Source: an uncultured delta proteobacterium
GTDB taxonomy: Bacteria > Myxococcota_A > Polyangia > Polyangiales > Houyiibacteriaceae
NCBI GenBank assembly: GCA_963817725.1
Contig: CAWFPD010000007.1
Location: 215,750-279,749, forward strand
Direction of reading: 5' to 3'
DNA: 64,000 nt
Positions 40,727-50,006 of this stretch are shown here, in pieces. Under the pieces are notes generated by a model, which made no database searches, was not told the DNA's origin, and saw only the letters and a list, made by a program, of their open reading frames with translations. The translations under genes and the position numbers were made by a program. The stretch's first letter is position 1, and each line of letters starts with the position of its first letter.

Positions 40727-41513
40727 GGCCGCCGACCAAGTGCGCGGCAAGCTCGGCAAAGCCAAGACCACGATCCGCGTCGGTGACGTAGCGAGGAGAA
40801 ACCGGGAGTCGGTCCAAATGACGCCGCACGTTGGCGACGCCCACGCTTCGAGGAAAGCGTGCGAACGCCGCGGCGTCGTTCCCGCTGTCTCCGACGAATA
40901 CCCATCGTTCGAGCTCGGTCTCGACGCGACTTTCGAGCACCTCGTCGAGCGCGCGCAAGACTCCAGCCGCCTTGTCCCAGGGTCCCGGAACCGCGTGCGC
41001 GTGTACCGTCGACATCGACGCCCGGCAACCAATCCGCTCGATGATGGTCGTCAAGGCGTCGACGTCTGCGCGAGGAAGAGACACCCATTCCCCGATGTCG
41101 AACGCGAGGTCACATCGGCGCGCGCGGTCGTCTTGGGTGACTTGCACGTGCGGCATGGCTACGTCCACCTCTCGTCGGACCCTGTCGAGGAGCTCGGCCT
41201 GCCGAGCCCGTTCGGGTCCGCTGCTGAAGTAACCCTCGTGCACGCCGCGCCGATCGACCCACGTCCAACCCGCCCCGTTTTCTCCAACCGCAACGCGAAC
41301 CGGCCATTGCCGGGCAATGACGTCCGTCCACCCCAGGGGCCGCCCCGTCACCGCGACCAAGTGAAGGCCAGCGGCAGCCAGTTGGTGCATCGCGCAATAC
41401 GCACCTGGCTCGAGGACGCCGTCTCGGGTCACCGTGTCGTCGATGTCGAAGACCACACCGCGAACGCCCGCGGGATCGAGGTTCCGGTAGCTGTCCATCG
41501 TGCGCCTTCCCAT
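40719..41513 (-). CDS. HAD-IIB family hydrolase (sugar-phosphate phosphatase-like)
   Basis: Motif I VVFDIDDTVT, motif II VTGRP, motif IV FVGDSGNDAAAF. Confidence 0.8.
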   Translation of the reverse strand: MGRRTMDSYRNLDPAGVRGVVFDIDDTVTRDGVLEPGAYCAMHQLAAAGLHLVAVTGRPLGWTDVIARQWPVRVAVGENGAGWTWVDRRGVHEGYFSSGPERARQAELLDRVRREVDVAMPHVQVTQDDRARRCDLAFDIGEWVSLPRADVDALTTIIERIGCRASMSTVHAHAVPGPWDKAAGVLRALDEVLESRVETELERWVFVGDSGNDAAAFARFPRSVGVANVRRHLDRLPVSPRYVTDADRGLGFAELAAHLVGGRA

Positions 41514-41579
41514 ACCACACCGGTGGGCTTGCGGACTCCCGGAGACGGGCGTACCGTGGATCTAAACGGAGGGGAGTAC

Positions 41580-41816
41580 GTGCCCAACCTCGGATTTGGC
41601 GAGTTAGTCATCGTTTTTCTGATCGTGATGCTGATTTTCGGCGCCGGACGGCTGCCGCAAATCGGCGAAGGGATCGGGAAAGCCATTCGTAACCTCAAGC
41701 GGGGTCTAAACACCGATGACGACATCGACGTGACCCCCTCTGATAAGCAGGTGCCGCCCAAGGCTGCCTCGAGGGCGGAGGACGCCGAGGTCGTCGACAA
41801 GGTCGAGACCAAGTAG
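41580..41816 (+). CDS. tatA: twin-arginine translocase TatA/TatE
   Basis: GFGELVIVFLIVMLIFGAGRLPQIGEGIGKAIRNLKRG. GTG at 41580 preceded by GGAGG. The rest of the tracked ORF is antisense to the HAD gene. Confidence 0.85.
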   Translation: MPNLGFGELVIVFLIVMLIFGAGRLPQIGEGIGKAIRNLKRGLNTDDDIDVTPSDKQVPPKAASRAEDAEVVDKVETK

Positions 41817-41823
41817 CGTTCGA

Positions 41824-42600
41824 TCAATCAGGGGCTTGCACGCCGCGGCCGTCGCGTAGCTCCAAAATCTCCTTGCAGCTCAGGCGAAGAGCAGGGCCGA
41901 GATCGGACGCGCTCGCGGCCTCTTTGAGCTCGCCCTGACGGAGTAGCGGCGCAAGAAGCAGGGCAATGTCGATCGGTGTATCGGGGTTGCGCACGATGGC
42001 GTTACGGGGGCGGTAACGCACGACCCAGCGCCGATGATGATAGATGGCTCGCAATACCTCTGGATCGTTGGGGCGCAGGGCGCAGACACGGACCACGTCC
42101 GGCTCGGTCAGTGAAGGGTTGTCCAGAAGAATACGGATGACGTGCGGGTGAGGGTCGCGGACGACGCGCTGAATCAAAGAGCGGTCGTGCGTGCGGGCAA
42201 GCGACTTGCGTTCCCCGAGTGTCAGTGGTCGTCCGCGCCCGAAGTCCGGGATCCGCCGCTTGTCCTGTGCCGGCGAATCGGATTGGAGCGACGGCGCAGT
42301 GAAGTCGGCAACCTGGTGAAGGCCTGCATCGCGTGCCGCCGCACCCAGCATCGGTCGCCTTTTCACGAGGCTCGGTTCGAATAGCGCCCAACCGAGCGCG
42401 AGAAACACCGCTCGACCTTCGGCGGCTCCGAGCGAAGCACTCCGATGGGCTTCGTGAGCGAATGCGATGACTTGCTCGTCCGATAGCAACTGCAGGCGTT
42501 CGCAAATCAGCCCCGCGCGCATTTCGATTTCGTCCACGCGAGCCAGTCGTTGAAACAGCTCCTCGAATTGCGCCGCGCCCGCCACCGCCCTGGACCCCAC
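41824..42600 (-). CDS. hypothetical protein (helical repeat, LRV/HEAT-like segments)
   Basis: 258-aa protein-like ORF with repeated motifs such as VRDPHPHVIRILLDNPSLTEPDVVRV and VRNPDTPIDIALLL. Confidence 0.55.
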   Translation of the reverse strand: MGSRAVAGAAQFEELFQRLARVDEIEMRAGLICERLQLLSDEQVIAFAHEAHRSASLGAAEGRAVFLALGWALFEPSLVKRRPMLGAAARDAGLHQVADFTAPSLQSDSPAQDKRRIPDFGRGRPLTLGERKSLARTHDRSLIQRVVRDPHPHVIRILLDNPSLTEPDVVRVCALRPNDPEVLRAIYHHRRWVVRYRPRNAIVRNPDTPIDIALLLAPLLRQGELKEAASASDLGPALRLSCKEILELRDGRGVQAPD

Positions 42601-42674
42601 CGGTCAGCCTAGCCAGCGAGCCGGAAAGCGCCAGCTTGACGCGGTGCGTCGCCACGCTAGCCTGAATCGTACCC

Positions 42675-43193
42675 ATGGCTGAGACAGAACAGGCTCGCGT
42701 GATCAAGCGCTACGCAAATCGCAAGCTGTACGACACGCGCGATAGCAAGTACGTCACATTGGATCGTATCGCCGAGCTCGTTCGCAGTGGTGAAGAGGTC
42801 AAGGTGCTGGACAACCGGTCGCAGCGCGACATGACCAAGGTCACGCTCGCCCAAATCATCTACGAAGAGCAGAAGAGCGGAAACGCCACGGCGTGGTCCG
42901 TGCAGAGCCTGCGAGACTTCATCCAGCAGGGTCGGGATAGGCTCGTCTCTTCGTTCAAAGACAGCCCAGTCGGACGGTTCGTCGGGCGCGCCGAAGAGCT
43001 CGGTGCGGAGGTGTACAGCGCCGCCGACAATCGTGTCCGCGCAGTGCTGGAGAGCGCCACGGCCCACGTCAGACAGCTGCAGGGCGAGGTGCTCAGGCTT
43101 CAGGCTCGGATCGAGGAGCTCGAGACCAAGCTCAGACACGGCACCCCCAAAGACAGCTCCTCCAAGAGCCAGACGCCCGAAGACGGGGAATAA
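42675..43193 (+). CDS. phaR: polyhydroxyalkanoate synthesis regulator PhaR
   Basis: VIKRYANRKLYDTRDSKYVTLDRIAELVRSGEEVKVLDNRSQRDMTKVTLAQII matches the PhaR N-terminal DNA-binding domain. Confidence 0.85.
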   Translation: MAETEQARVIKRYANRKLYDTRDSKYVTLDRIAELVRSGEEVKVLDNRSQRDMTKVTLAQIIYEEQKSGNATAWSVQSLRDFIQQGRDRLVSSFKDSPVGRFVGRAEELGAEVYSAADNRVRAVLESATAHVRQLQGEVLRLQARIEELETKLRHGTPKDSSSKSQTPEDGE

Positions 43194-43223
43194 AATCCGT
43201 TTTCGGGGGTTGTAGGATCGAGC

Positions 43224-43874
43224 ATGCCCAAAAACCAGAAGGAAATCGCGGCGACACGGCGTCTTTTCGAGGTTGAGGTCCGCCCGCATCTGGACGCGCT
43301 CTATTCGACGGCGTTGCGGCTCACCCGTTCCCCCGTAGACGCGGAAGATCTCGTGCAAGATACACTGGTTCGCGCCTATCGCTTCTATGATCGGTTCGAA
43401 GCGGGCACCAACTTCAAAGCTTGGCTTCTCCGCATTCAAATGAACGCTTTCGTGAATCGATACCGCCGGACGGCTAGGGAACGGCAAGTATTCGAAGGAC
43501 CGATGGCGACGCCGGTCGGCGAAGGTGTGATGAGCCGATCGACCATGCGCGGCCTCGTCGATCCCGTAGGCGACGCGCAGCGGAGAATCATCGCGCAGGA
43601 GATCAATCGTGCTTTCGAGGAGCTCTCGGACGACGCGCGAGCGATGGTCCTGCTCGCCGATGTCGAGGAGCTGTCGTACAAAGAGATCGCCGAGGTAATC
43701 GGTTGTCCCATCGGGACGGTCATGTCCCGGCTGCATCGCGCTCGAAAGCAGCTTCAGAGCTCTTTGCAACAGCACGCCGTCCAACTCGGGATCATCGAAA
43801 CGGAGGACGAGGACCCGGCAGACGATCCGGTTTCACTCGAAGCATTCCGCTCGAGAAAGGCGGTGAAGTCATGA
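43224..43874 (+). CDS. ECF (sigma-70 family) RNA polymerase sigma factor
   Basis: Region 2 AEDLVQDTLVRAYRFYDRFEAGTNFKAWLLRI; region 4 LSYKEIAEVIGCPIGTVMSRLHRARKQL. Confidence 0.9.
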   Translation: MPKNQKEIAATRRLFEVEVRPHLDALYSTALRLTRSPVDAEDLVQDTLVRAYRFYDRFEAGTNFKAWLLRIQMNAFVNRYRRTARERQVFEGPMATPVGEGVMSRSTMRGLVDPVGDAQRRIIAQEINRAFEELSDDARAMVLLADVEELSYKEIAEVIGCPIGTVMSRLHRARKQLQSSLQQHAVQLGIIETEDEDPADDPVSLEAFRSRKAVKS

Positions 43875-44665
43875 GTTGCAAGCTCGTGAGACGTCATCTC
43901 GGCGCCTTTGTGGATGCAGAGCTCGACCCCGCCACGCAGATCGAGTTCGAGCGTCACCTCGAGGCGTGTCCGGGCTGTCAGGAACATTTGACATTCGAGC
44001 GATCTTTCCGTCAGCAGACACGCGACGCGGTCGGTCGGGCGCATGCGCCTGAGCATCTCTGGGTCCGGACCCTTCAACGCTTGGATGAGATCGACGAGGC
44101 GAGGGCGGAGCACACTTCCTTGATCGAAGTGCGCCCGATGCGGTGGCGCCACACTTGGCTGATCGCTGCAGCTGCGGCCGCGCTCCTGATCATCGGTGGC
44201 GTGGTGGGCCTACCGCAGCGCGGAGATTTCCAGAGCGCTGGCATGCTCGAGGACATGGTGAACTTGCACTCGCAGCTGCTTCCCTCCGACGTCCAAAGCG
44301 AAGCGCCGGCCGAGGTCGTACGGTATTTTCAAGGCAAGACCCCATTCCCGGTGAAGCCGGCACAGTTCGAGGAACCCAGCGTCAAGCTCATCGGCGCTCG
44401 GTACATCACGGTTGGTGCACGACCGGCGGCGGCGCTCTACTACAGCCAGAATGGGCGGCGGCTCACCCTACTGGTCTTTCAGTCGCCCGAGATCGTTCGC
44501 AATGCGCAGCACACACATGTCGGGGGACATGAGGTCTACTATCATGATGTCGGCGGCAACGTGATCACGATCCGTCAGCACGGCGGCCTCAACTACGCCT
44601 TTTTCGGAGACCTCGATCGCCCAATGCTGTTCCAGCTCGCTGCGAATGCGCGCGTGGCTTACTGA
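43871..44665 (+). CDS. anti-sigma factor (zf-HC2, single TM)
   Basis: ATGA overlap with the sigma gene; HLEACPGCQEHL zinc-finger motif; TM WLIAAAAAALLIIGGVVG. Confidence 0.8.
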   Translation: MSCKLVRRHLGAFVDAELDPATQIEFERHLEACPGCQEHLTFERSFRQQTRDAVGRAHAPEHLWVRTLQRLDEIDEARAEHTSLIEVRPMRWRHTWLIAAAAAALLIIGGVVGLPQRGDFQSAGMLEDMVNLHSQLLPSDVQSEAPAEVVRYFQGKTPFPVKPAQFEEPSVKLIGARYITVGARPAAALYYSQNGRRLTLLVFQSPEIVRNAQHTHVGGHEVYYHDVGGNVITIRQHGGLNYAFFGDLDRPMLFQLAANARVAY

Positions 44666-44705
44666 GTCACGGGCAGGCCGATTTTTCGAGGGTTTCGTCG
44701 TTGAC

Positions 44706-44736
44706 AGGCCCCACCGCGGGGGCCTATTCTTTTTTT
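44706..44736 (+). terminator. intrinsic terminator after the sigma/anti-sigma operon
   Basis: AGGCCCC-ACCGC-GGGGCCT hairpin followed by ATTCTTTTTTT. Confidence 0.75.
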
Positions 44737-44840
44737 GATGCAGGCATAACTTTGCATGCATTTAGACTGATTTGGACGCACTTTGGTTCAAACGGTGCGA
44801 ACGCTGGTAACCTGGCCGCGGGGATTCAAGGGGAAACCAA

Positions 44841-46526
44841 ATGTCGGATGACGAAATGCCGAGCGATGTGCCAACCAAGAGCGGCGATCCGCAGGGGATC
44901 GACGATGAAATCGATGAGTTTGCAGAAAGCGCATTCGATGCCCTCATGATGGGCGAAGACGGAAAGAAAAGCGTAGAGGAGGCAGTCGCCTCCGAGCCCG
45001 TCGACCGTCAGACCGGCGAATACGAGGATGTGGAGCTCGATGACGTGATCATGGTCTCCGACGTTCCTCCGGAAGAGCTTTCCGCCTCGGCGCCACCCTC
45101 GGCGCCACCGCCCTCGGCGCCACCGCCCTCGGCACCGCCGCCTGCTGCGGCTTCGGAACCGCCGGCCTCCGTGCCGCCTTCGGTATCGGAAGTGCCCGTG
45201 ACGAGCGGCGTCGAGGTGGCTCGGTTGCGTTCCGAGATCTCGGAGCTGAAGGCGAAGCTGGCCCAATCCTCCGGTGGCGTCTCGAGCCGGCAGTTTTTGG
45301 ACCTGCGCGAAGCGCTCAACAAGAAGGACAAGGAGATCCTCGAGCTCCGCGACCAAGTCAGCGCTCGCGACAAAGAGATCCTCGAGCTTCGCGACCAAAC
45401 GATTGAGCTGGAACGTTCGCGCGAAGATTTGAACGAGAGAGCAGCAGGCCTGGAGCGTTCCTTGTCGAAGGCACAGGAAGCAATCGCCAGCCTTTCCGAG
45501 GACAAAGAGAACGCGAGCAAGCGCTATGAAGACGTCAAGAGCCGCTTCGAGCGCGAGAAGACGAAGGCCGACGCCCTCGAAGGCGAGCTCGGACGTGAAC
45601 GTGAGGCGCGCGCCGTCGACATCGAAGCCTTGAAGGGAACGCATGACGCAGCCATGGCCAAGGCGCGCGCGATTCATGAAGAGGCGCTCGAGCTGTCCAA
45701 AGCGGAATCAGCTGCTTCTTTGGCAAAGGCCCGCGAAGACCACGAAGCCGCGCTTCACGCCGCCTCGAGCGAGAAGGAAACCGCATTGGCCGCCCTCCGT
45801 TCGGAGCTAGCAGACGCGCAAGCGGCCGCGTTGACGCAGGCCGCTGCTGAGGCGGACGCAGCAAGGCAAGCGGCGCTTTCGGCTCTGCGCGAAGAGCTGG
45901 AAAGCGCAGCCGCCGGCAAACTGGCGGAAGCCGAATCCGAATGGCAGCGGACCTTGGCCGAACGCGAAGCCGCGCTTCAGGCCGAGAAGCAACTCGAGCT
46001 CGACACGCGCGAGCAGGAGCACTCCAAGCAACTGGCAACCCTCGGGCGAAAGCTTGCCGACACGGAAAGCGAGCTAGCGGGCACCCGCGAGCGCGAGAAG
46101 GTGAACGAAGAGCGCGCCGTCGATCTGGAAAGCCAGCTCGAAACGACACAGGCACGTCTTGCCGCTACCGGCGCTCAACTTGCGGAGACGCAACAGACGC
46201 GCGAAAGGCTAGAGTCGGAGCTCGGGCAGACAACGGAGGCCCGCGACACGCTGCAGCGCGAGCTCGAGTCCAGCCAGGCGAGCGTCCAGACGCTCACCGC
46301 AACCAAGCGCGATCTCGAATCACGCGTGGGCTCCCTCGATGCGTTGAAGTCGCAACTCGAATCGAAGCTTTCGATGACCGTCGAGAAGATCGCAACCGAC
46401 GAGGCCTTGCTGGAACGGGTCCGCAAAGCCATGGCGATCGGGCTCAGCCTCCTCGAAGAGCAACAGAGAAATACGTACGGGGAGCTCAGCCCCGAGAGCG
46501 AAGGCGCTTCCGAGGACGCCGAGTAG
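44841..46526 (+). CDS. long coiled-coil protein with acidic N-terminus and PSAPP repeats
   Basis: 561 aa. PPSAPPPSAPPPSAPPP tract, then ~400 aa of heptad-like E/A/L/R/K-rich sequence with duplicated KEILELRDQ. 3' end overlaps the convergent kinase fragment by 41 nt. Confidence 0.7.
   Translation: MSDDEMPSDVPTKSGDPQGIDDEIDEFAESAFDALMMGEDGKKSVEEAVASEPVDRQTGEYEDVELDDVIMVSDVPPEELSASAPPSAPPPSAPPPSAPPPAAASEPPASVPPSVSEVPVTSGVEVARLRSEISELKAKLAQSSGGVSSRQFLDLREALNKKDKEILELRDQVSARDKEILELRDQTIELERSREDLNERAAGLERSLSKAQEAIASLSEDKENASKRYEDVKSRFEREKTKADALEGELGREREARAVDIEALKGTHDAAMAKARAIHEEALELSKAESAASLAKAREDHEAALHAASSEKETALAALRSELADAQAAALTQAAAEADAARQAALSALREELESAAAGKLAEAESEWQRTLAEREAALQAEKQLELDTREQEHSKQLATLGRKLADTESELAGTREREKVNEERAVDLESQLETTQARLAATGAQLAETQQTRERLESELGQTTEARDTLQRELESSQASVQTLTATKRDLESRVGSLDALKSQLESKLSMTVEKIATDEALLERVRKAMAIGLSLLEEQQRNTYGELSPESEGASEDAE
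45084..45142 (+). repeat. 15-bp tandem coding repeat (PSAPP x3-4)
   Basis: cctcggcgccacc(gc) units repeated in tandem. Confidence 0.7.
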
Positions 46527-47222
46527 GCGCCGGACGCGTCGACGCCAGACCGGGTCCGGCCGAGATGGCGCCGCTTTCGGTTGCGCAACGAACCAATAGG
46601 CCGAGATCCCGATGGGCCAGAGGTGGAGGCCCGACCTCGGCGAGCTGCAGCAGAAAGGCCCGTGCGTGCGGAGGCCGGTCCGCCGGATCGGGACGAAGGA
46701 GCGATTCGACCCCATCGACCAGCGGTCCAGGTGCGTCCGGAGCAAGGGCACGGATCGGTTCGTGTCTTCCGCGCCGAGCACGATCCAAGGTCTGTAACTC
46801 GTTGTCTCCGTCGAAGGGTCGACGACCCGCTAGACACTCATAAAGTAAGACCCCGAGGGAAAACAAATCCGACCTCGGGCTGCAAGCGCGACCAAGCGCG
46901 TATTCCGGCGCCATGTAGGCCACTTTGCCTTTGAGCGCTCCGCTCTGGATGCTTCCGGGAAGGTTCGTGGCCTTGGCGATGCCGAAATCGGCGAGCTTGA
47001 TCTCGCCCGCGTTGCTGAGGAGCACGTTCGAGGGTGAAACGTCGCGATGGATGATCCCGGCGGCATGACCTTCATCGTCGGCCGTGTGCGCGAAGTCGAG
47101 CGCCGAGGCGAGCGCATGGGCGAGGTATGAGGTCAGGCCCGAACCGAGCCTGCGCCCAGATGACTGAAGATGCCGCAGCAGCACGCGCAGATCGGTTCCC
47201 TCGATGAGCTCCAACGTCAGGT
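46486..47222 (-). pseudogene. Ser/Thr kinase gene, C-terminal (C-lobe) fragment separated by element insertion
   Basis: Begins at hinge ...LTLELIEGTDL, then HRDVSPSNVLL, DFGIAK, MAPE. No G-loop or VAIK lysine. Upstream of 47222 the frame runs into element DNA. Confidence 0.85.
47211..47222. repeat. attL core (direct repeat CCAACGTCAGGT)
   Basis: Identical to 60625-60636. Encodes LTL of the kinase on the minus strand. Confidence 0.85.
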
Positions 47223-47343
47223 TTTGAACGGCCTGATCGGAGCCTGCCGAGATCATGGCGCTTTTCCTCCAAAGCCTGCAATTCCAGGCTGTTGGAAGAT
47301 CCGTACTGAACGGCGGAGAAACGCACACTTGCGCGGATAATCA

Positions 47344-47392
47344 GTAGCAGCAATAGTAGCAGCGCAGCTTTTGTAGCAGCAATCGTAGCAGC
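47344..47392 (+). promoter_or_regulatory. four direct GTAGCAGC motifs (candidate recombinase arm-type or regulator sites)
   Basis: GTAGCAGC at 47344, 47356, 47373 and 47385, arranged as two GTAGCAGCAATNGTAGCAGCGCAG units between attL and int. Confidence 0.6.
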
Positions 47393-47430
47393 GCAGGATC
47401 AGAACCGGCGCATAGGTAGTGAGGGGGCAA

Positions 47431-48765
47431 ATGGCACATAAACATCCGGGCGTGACGCTCATGAAGGAGCAGCCAGCACGCGAGTGGGTCGACCCCCAGA
47501 CGGGCCGGAGGCGCCAAAGTGGCGCTATCTATTTCCGGGCGCGCTATCGCGATCCGGCGACGGGTAGATACCGCTACGAGACGCTTCCGCGGGAGTTCGT
47601 CCACGAGAAGCAGGTCTACGACACACGCCTGAAGCATGCGCGGGCGCTGTGGGCAAAGTTGAAGGCGGATAAGCTGCTCGTCGAAGGAGCGAAGCATCGG
47701 GTCAAGCCGTCGCCTGTTGGACAGCACGCGATTCCACTCGCGGACGCGATCGAACGATACTTCGGAGACAAGCCACGATTGAGCGCTAAGACGGTTGAGC
47801 AGAAGCGTCGGAGCCTCAACGATTTTCTCGCATGGTGCGCTGATCATAAGATCCACAGCACGGACGAGCTTACAGCGGCGGCGCTGCGGGACTGGCGAAC
47901 GCATGTCGAGTCGCGCGGCCTTCGCATACCGGCCAAGGGAGCTGGCGTCGGACACACGAAGAAGCAAACCGACAAGCCTCGGGCGGATTGGTCGGTTGCT
48001 ACTGAGATCGGCCACGTGGCGACGGCGCTAAAGCATCTTCGGAGTCAGCGAGAGCTGTTTCGGCATATCGATGCGGACGACTTCGCCGAGCGTCTTAAGA
48101 CCTTCAAGGTCACGACGCGACGGAAGAAGAAGCCGCTTAGTCGGAAAGATCTTCCACGCGTCGTCCAGGCGTGTATTGAGCGTGATGCGGAGACGCAGCC
48201 GAACGGAAGCCCGCGTCATCCGGAGGTCGCACCCTTCTTCGTATTTTTGCTTCTGAGTGGTTTACGACCAGGCGAGGCGTTCGACCTGAAGTGGGACTCG
48301 GTGGAGCTTGACGAAGACGACGAGGGCAAAGGCGTGATCTACGTCCATGCGAGCAAGACCGGCGTCGAACGCATGGTCGAACTCTGGGTGAGTCCCGCGT
48401 GTCGACGCTTGTTGATCGCGAAGAAACAACGGGATGGTGGCGAAGGCAAGGTGTGGTCTCTGACTCCGGTGCAGATCTTGAGCGCCTACACTTCTATCCG
48501 GCGCAAGACGCAGCTGAAGCATTTCAGCCCCCAGGTGTGCCGGGTGACGGCGGGTTCGTATTTAATCAACTCCGCGATATACCCCCGATCTGTGGAGCGA
48601 CGGACGGCGGAGCAGCTTGGCCACGACGAGCGAACCGCGCGCGCGTACTATTGGGGGACGGTGCGAGGTCTCGACCAGGATGCGCGGACGATTGAAGAGG
48701 TCATGGGAATCAAGGCTGAAATGGAGCAGATCCTCGAGTCGATCCAACCGAAAGCCCGGCGATGA
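47431..48765 (+). CDS. tyrosine recombinase / phage-type integrase
   Basis: Catalytic-domain pattern LLLSGLRPGEAFDLKWDSVEL, HFSPQVCRVTAGSYL, LGHDERTARAYYWG. ATG at 47431 after GAGGGGG (tracked GTG at 47419). Confidence 0.9.
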   Translation: MAHKHPGVTLMKEQPAREWVDPQTGRRRQSGAIYFRARYRDPATGRYRYETLPREFVHEKQVYDTRLKHARALWAKLKADKLLVEGAKHRVKPSPVGQHAIPLADAIERYFGDKPRLSAKTVEQKRRSLNDFLAWCADHKIHSTDELTAAALRDWRTHVESRGLRIPAKGAGVGHTKKQTDKPRADWSVATEIGHVATALKHLRSQRELFRHIDADDFAERLKTFKVTTRRKKKPLSRKDLPRVVQACIERDAETQPNGSPRHPEVAPFFVFLLLSGLRPGEAFDLKWDSVELDEDDEGKGVIYVHASKTGVERMVELWVSPACRRLLIAKKQRDGGEGKVWSLTPVQILSAYTSIRRKTQLKHFSPQVCRVTAGSYLINSAIYPRSVERRTAEQLGHDERTARAYYWGTVRGLDQDARTIEEVMGIKAEMEQILESIQPKARR

Positions 48766-49010
48766 CGACGCCGAAGAAGCGACCGACGAAGCGCGCGCCG
48801 AAGAGTGCGAAGGCGAAGAAGGCCGCGCCGAAGAAGCGTGCGCCGAAGAAGGCCCCGGCGAAGAACGGCCCACTATTGCCCCCCGACCATCCTCTGCGAG
48901 CGAAACTTGAAGGCGTGCTGGGATTGGTTTTTATGAGTGCGCACCAAGAGCGCGACCTTGGCCTGCTCGAGCTATACGAAGGACTACGAGAGCTGATTGA
49001 GTCGGATTGA
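48762..49010 (+). CDS. small basic protein with histone-H1-like KKAAPKK tail
   Basis: ATGA overlap with the int stop. TTPKKRPTKRAPKSAKAKKAAPKKRAPKKAPAKNG followed by a short helical domain. Confidence 0.6.
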   Translation: MTTPKKRPTKRAPKSAKAKKAAPKKRAPKKAPAKNGPLLPPDHPLRAKLEGVLGLVFMSAHQERDLGLLELYEGLRELIESD

Positions 49011-49049
49011 ACTTGGGGCTCGCAGAAATGGGGGGAGACTAAACTAGCT

Positions 49050-49490
49050 GTGCACAAGTTCTATGAACGAGTCGACGGCATGGTGGCGACGTTCGTTAAG
49101 GAGGAAGCGAGCGAGCGCAATAAGGTCGGGGCTGATTCGTGGTCGGAGGACCGCGCCAAGATCCGGGGATATATCGCAAACCCAATACGCGTGGCTGAAG
49201 CCTACATAACCCTTCTAAGCTTCTCGGACCTCCGGTTCGGGGTTCCTTTGTCCTGCTCGGGTCACGAGATAGTTGCGGGTCTTTCCGGTGAGGACACCGA
49301 GGCGGCGGAGCGGTTCCGCGTCGCTGTCGACAAGGTGTATACGGAAATCGAGCCGATGCTCAAGGAGGCCTGGACCCCCCAAACAGGCAAGGCGATTATG
49401 CGGGCGGGCTTGCTTGCCTTGGGTCTGCCAAAGAAGCGCAGTGAGTATCTGATCTCTCTCGTGCCCAAAACTGATCCCAATTTGGGGTAG
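49050..49490 (+). CDS. hypothetical protein
   Basis: 146-aa ORF, GTG start, protein-like composition. No motif recognised. Confidence 0.5.
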   Translation: MHKFYERVDGMVATFVKEEASERNKVGADSWSEDRAKIRGYIANPIRVAEAYITLLSFSDLRFGVPLSCSGHEIVAGLSGEDTEAAERFRVAVDKVYTEIEPMLKEAWTPQTGKAIMRAGLLALGLPKKRSEYLISLVPKTDPNLG

Positions 49491-49615
49491 CGGGCTCTTT
49501 GCGTTTTTGCGTGCGCCATTCTCTGCGCATGCGTTTAAGACATAACCAGGCGCGGGACTCGGCCGTCGAAGACACCGACGAGAGTTCCGCAATTGAACAA
49601 CTGATCCGCCCGGCA

Positions 49616-49831
49616 ATGGAGGCCGCCTACCCGGTCAACCTCACCCGGGCGATGCTCAAAGAGGCGCTTCAATGTTCCGATCGGTTCATCGACGAACTGA
49701 CCGAAACGGGGGAGCTCCCATCCATCCAACGCAAGCGCGGTAAGTCCGGTTCTCGGCGCATCTACCCTCGCGAAGGCGTCATTCGATATCAAATCCGTAA
49801 TGCGAAGTCGGAGGGACGCTATCATGCATAA
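49616..49831 (+). CDS. excisionase/AlpA-like HTH protein (start uncertain)
   Basis: LTRAMLKEALQCSDRFIDELTETGELPSIQRKRGKSGSRRIYPREGVIRY resembles HTH_17/Xis-family proteins. In-frame ATGs at 49499, 49529 and 49616. Confidence 0.5.
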   Translation: MEAAYPVNLTRAMLKEALQCSDRFIDELTETGELPSIQRKRGKSGSRRIYPREGVIRYQIRNAKSEGRYHA

Positions 49832-50006
49832 CCCGTCCGACGATCAGCTCTACGAGCTCGTACTCGAAACCCTCGTCACCGATGGCGTCCTCGCGCGCAC
49901 CGCTTGGCGCACACCGGACGGCCACGTGATCTACGTCCTAAGCGAGAGCTTCGATGTAGCCGTCCACGACATGCCGTGCGTGGTCGAAGAGGGGCGGCTG
50001 GTATGA
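49824..50006 (+). CDS. hypothetical small protein
   Basis: 60 aa. Start overlaps the previous stop, and its stop overlaps the next start (ATGA). Confidence 0.4.
   Translation: MHNPSDDQLYELVLETLVTDGVLARTAWRTPDGHVIYVLSESFDVAVHDMPCVVEEGRLV

Noticed and set aside
44737-44760. Sigma-54-like promoter GGCATAACTTTGCA upstream of the coiled-coil gene.
   Set aside because: The GG and GC elements are separated by 9 nt rather than the strict 10 nt of the TGGCAC-N5-TTGC consensus, so I do not call it.
47341-48015. 224-aa minus-strand ORF ending ...LRCYYCCY across the left end of the element.
   Set aside because: It is antisense to the integrase gene, and its Cys/Tyr tail is simply the translation of the GTAGCAGC repeats.
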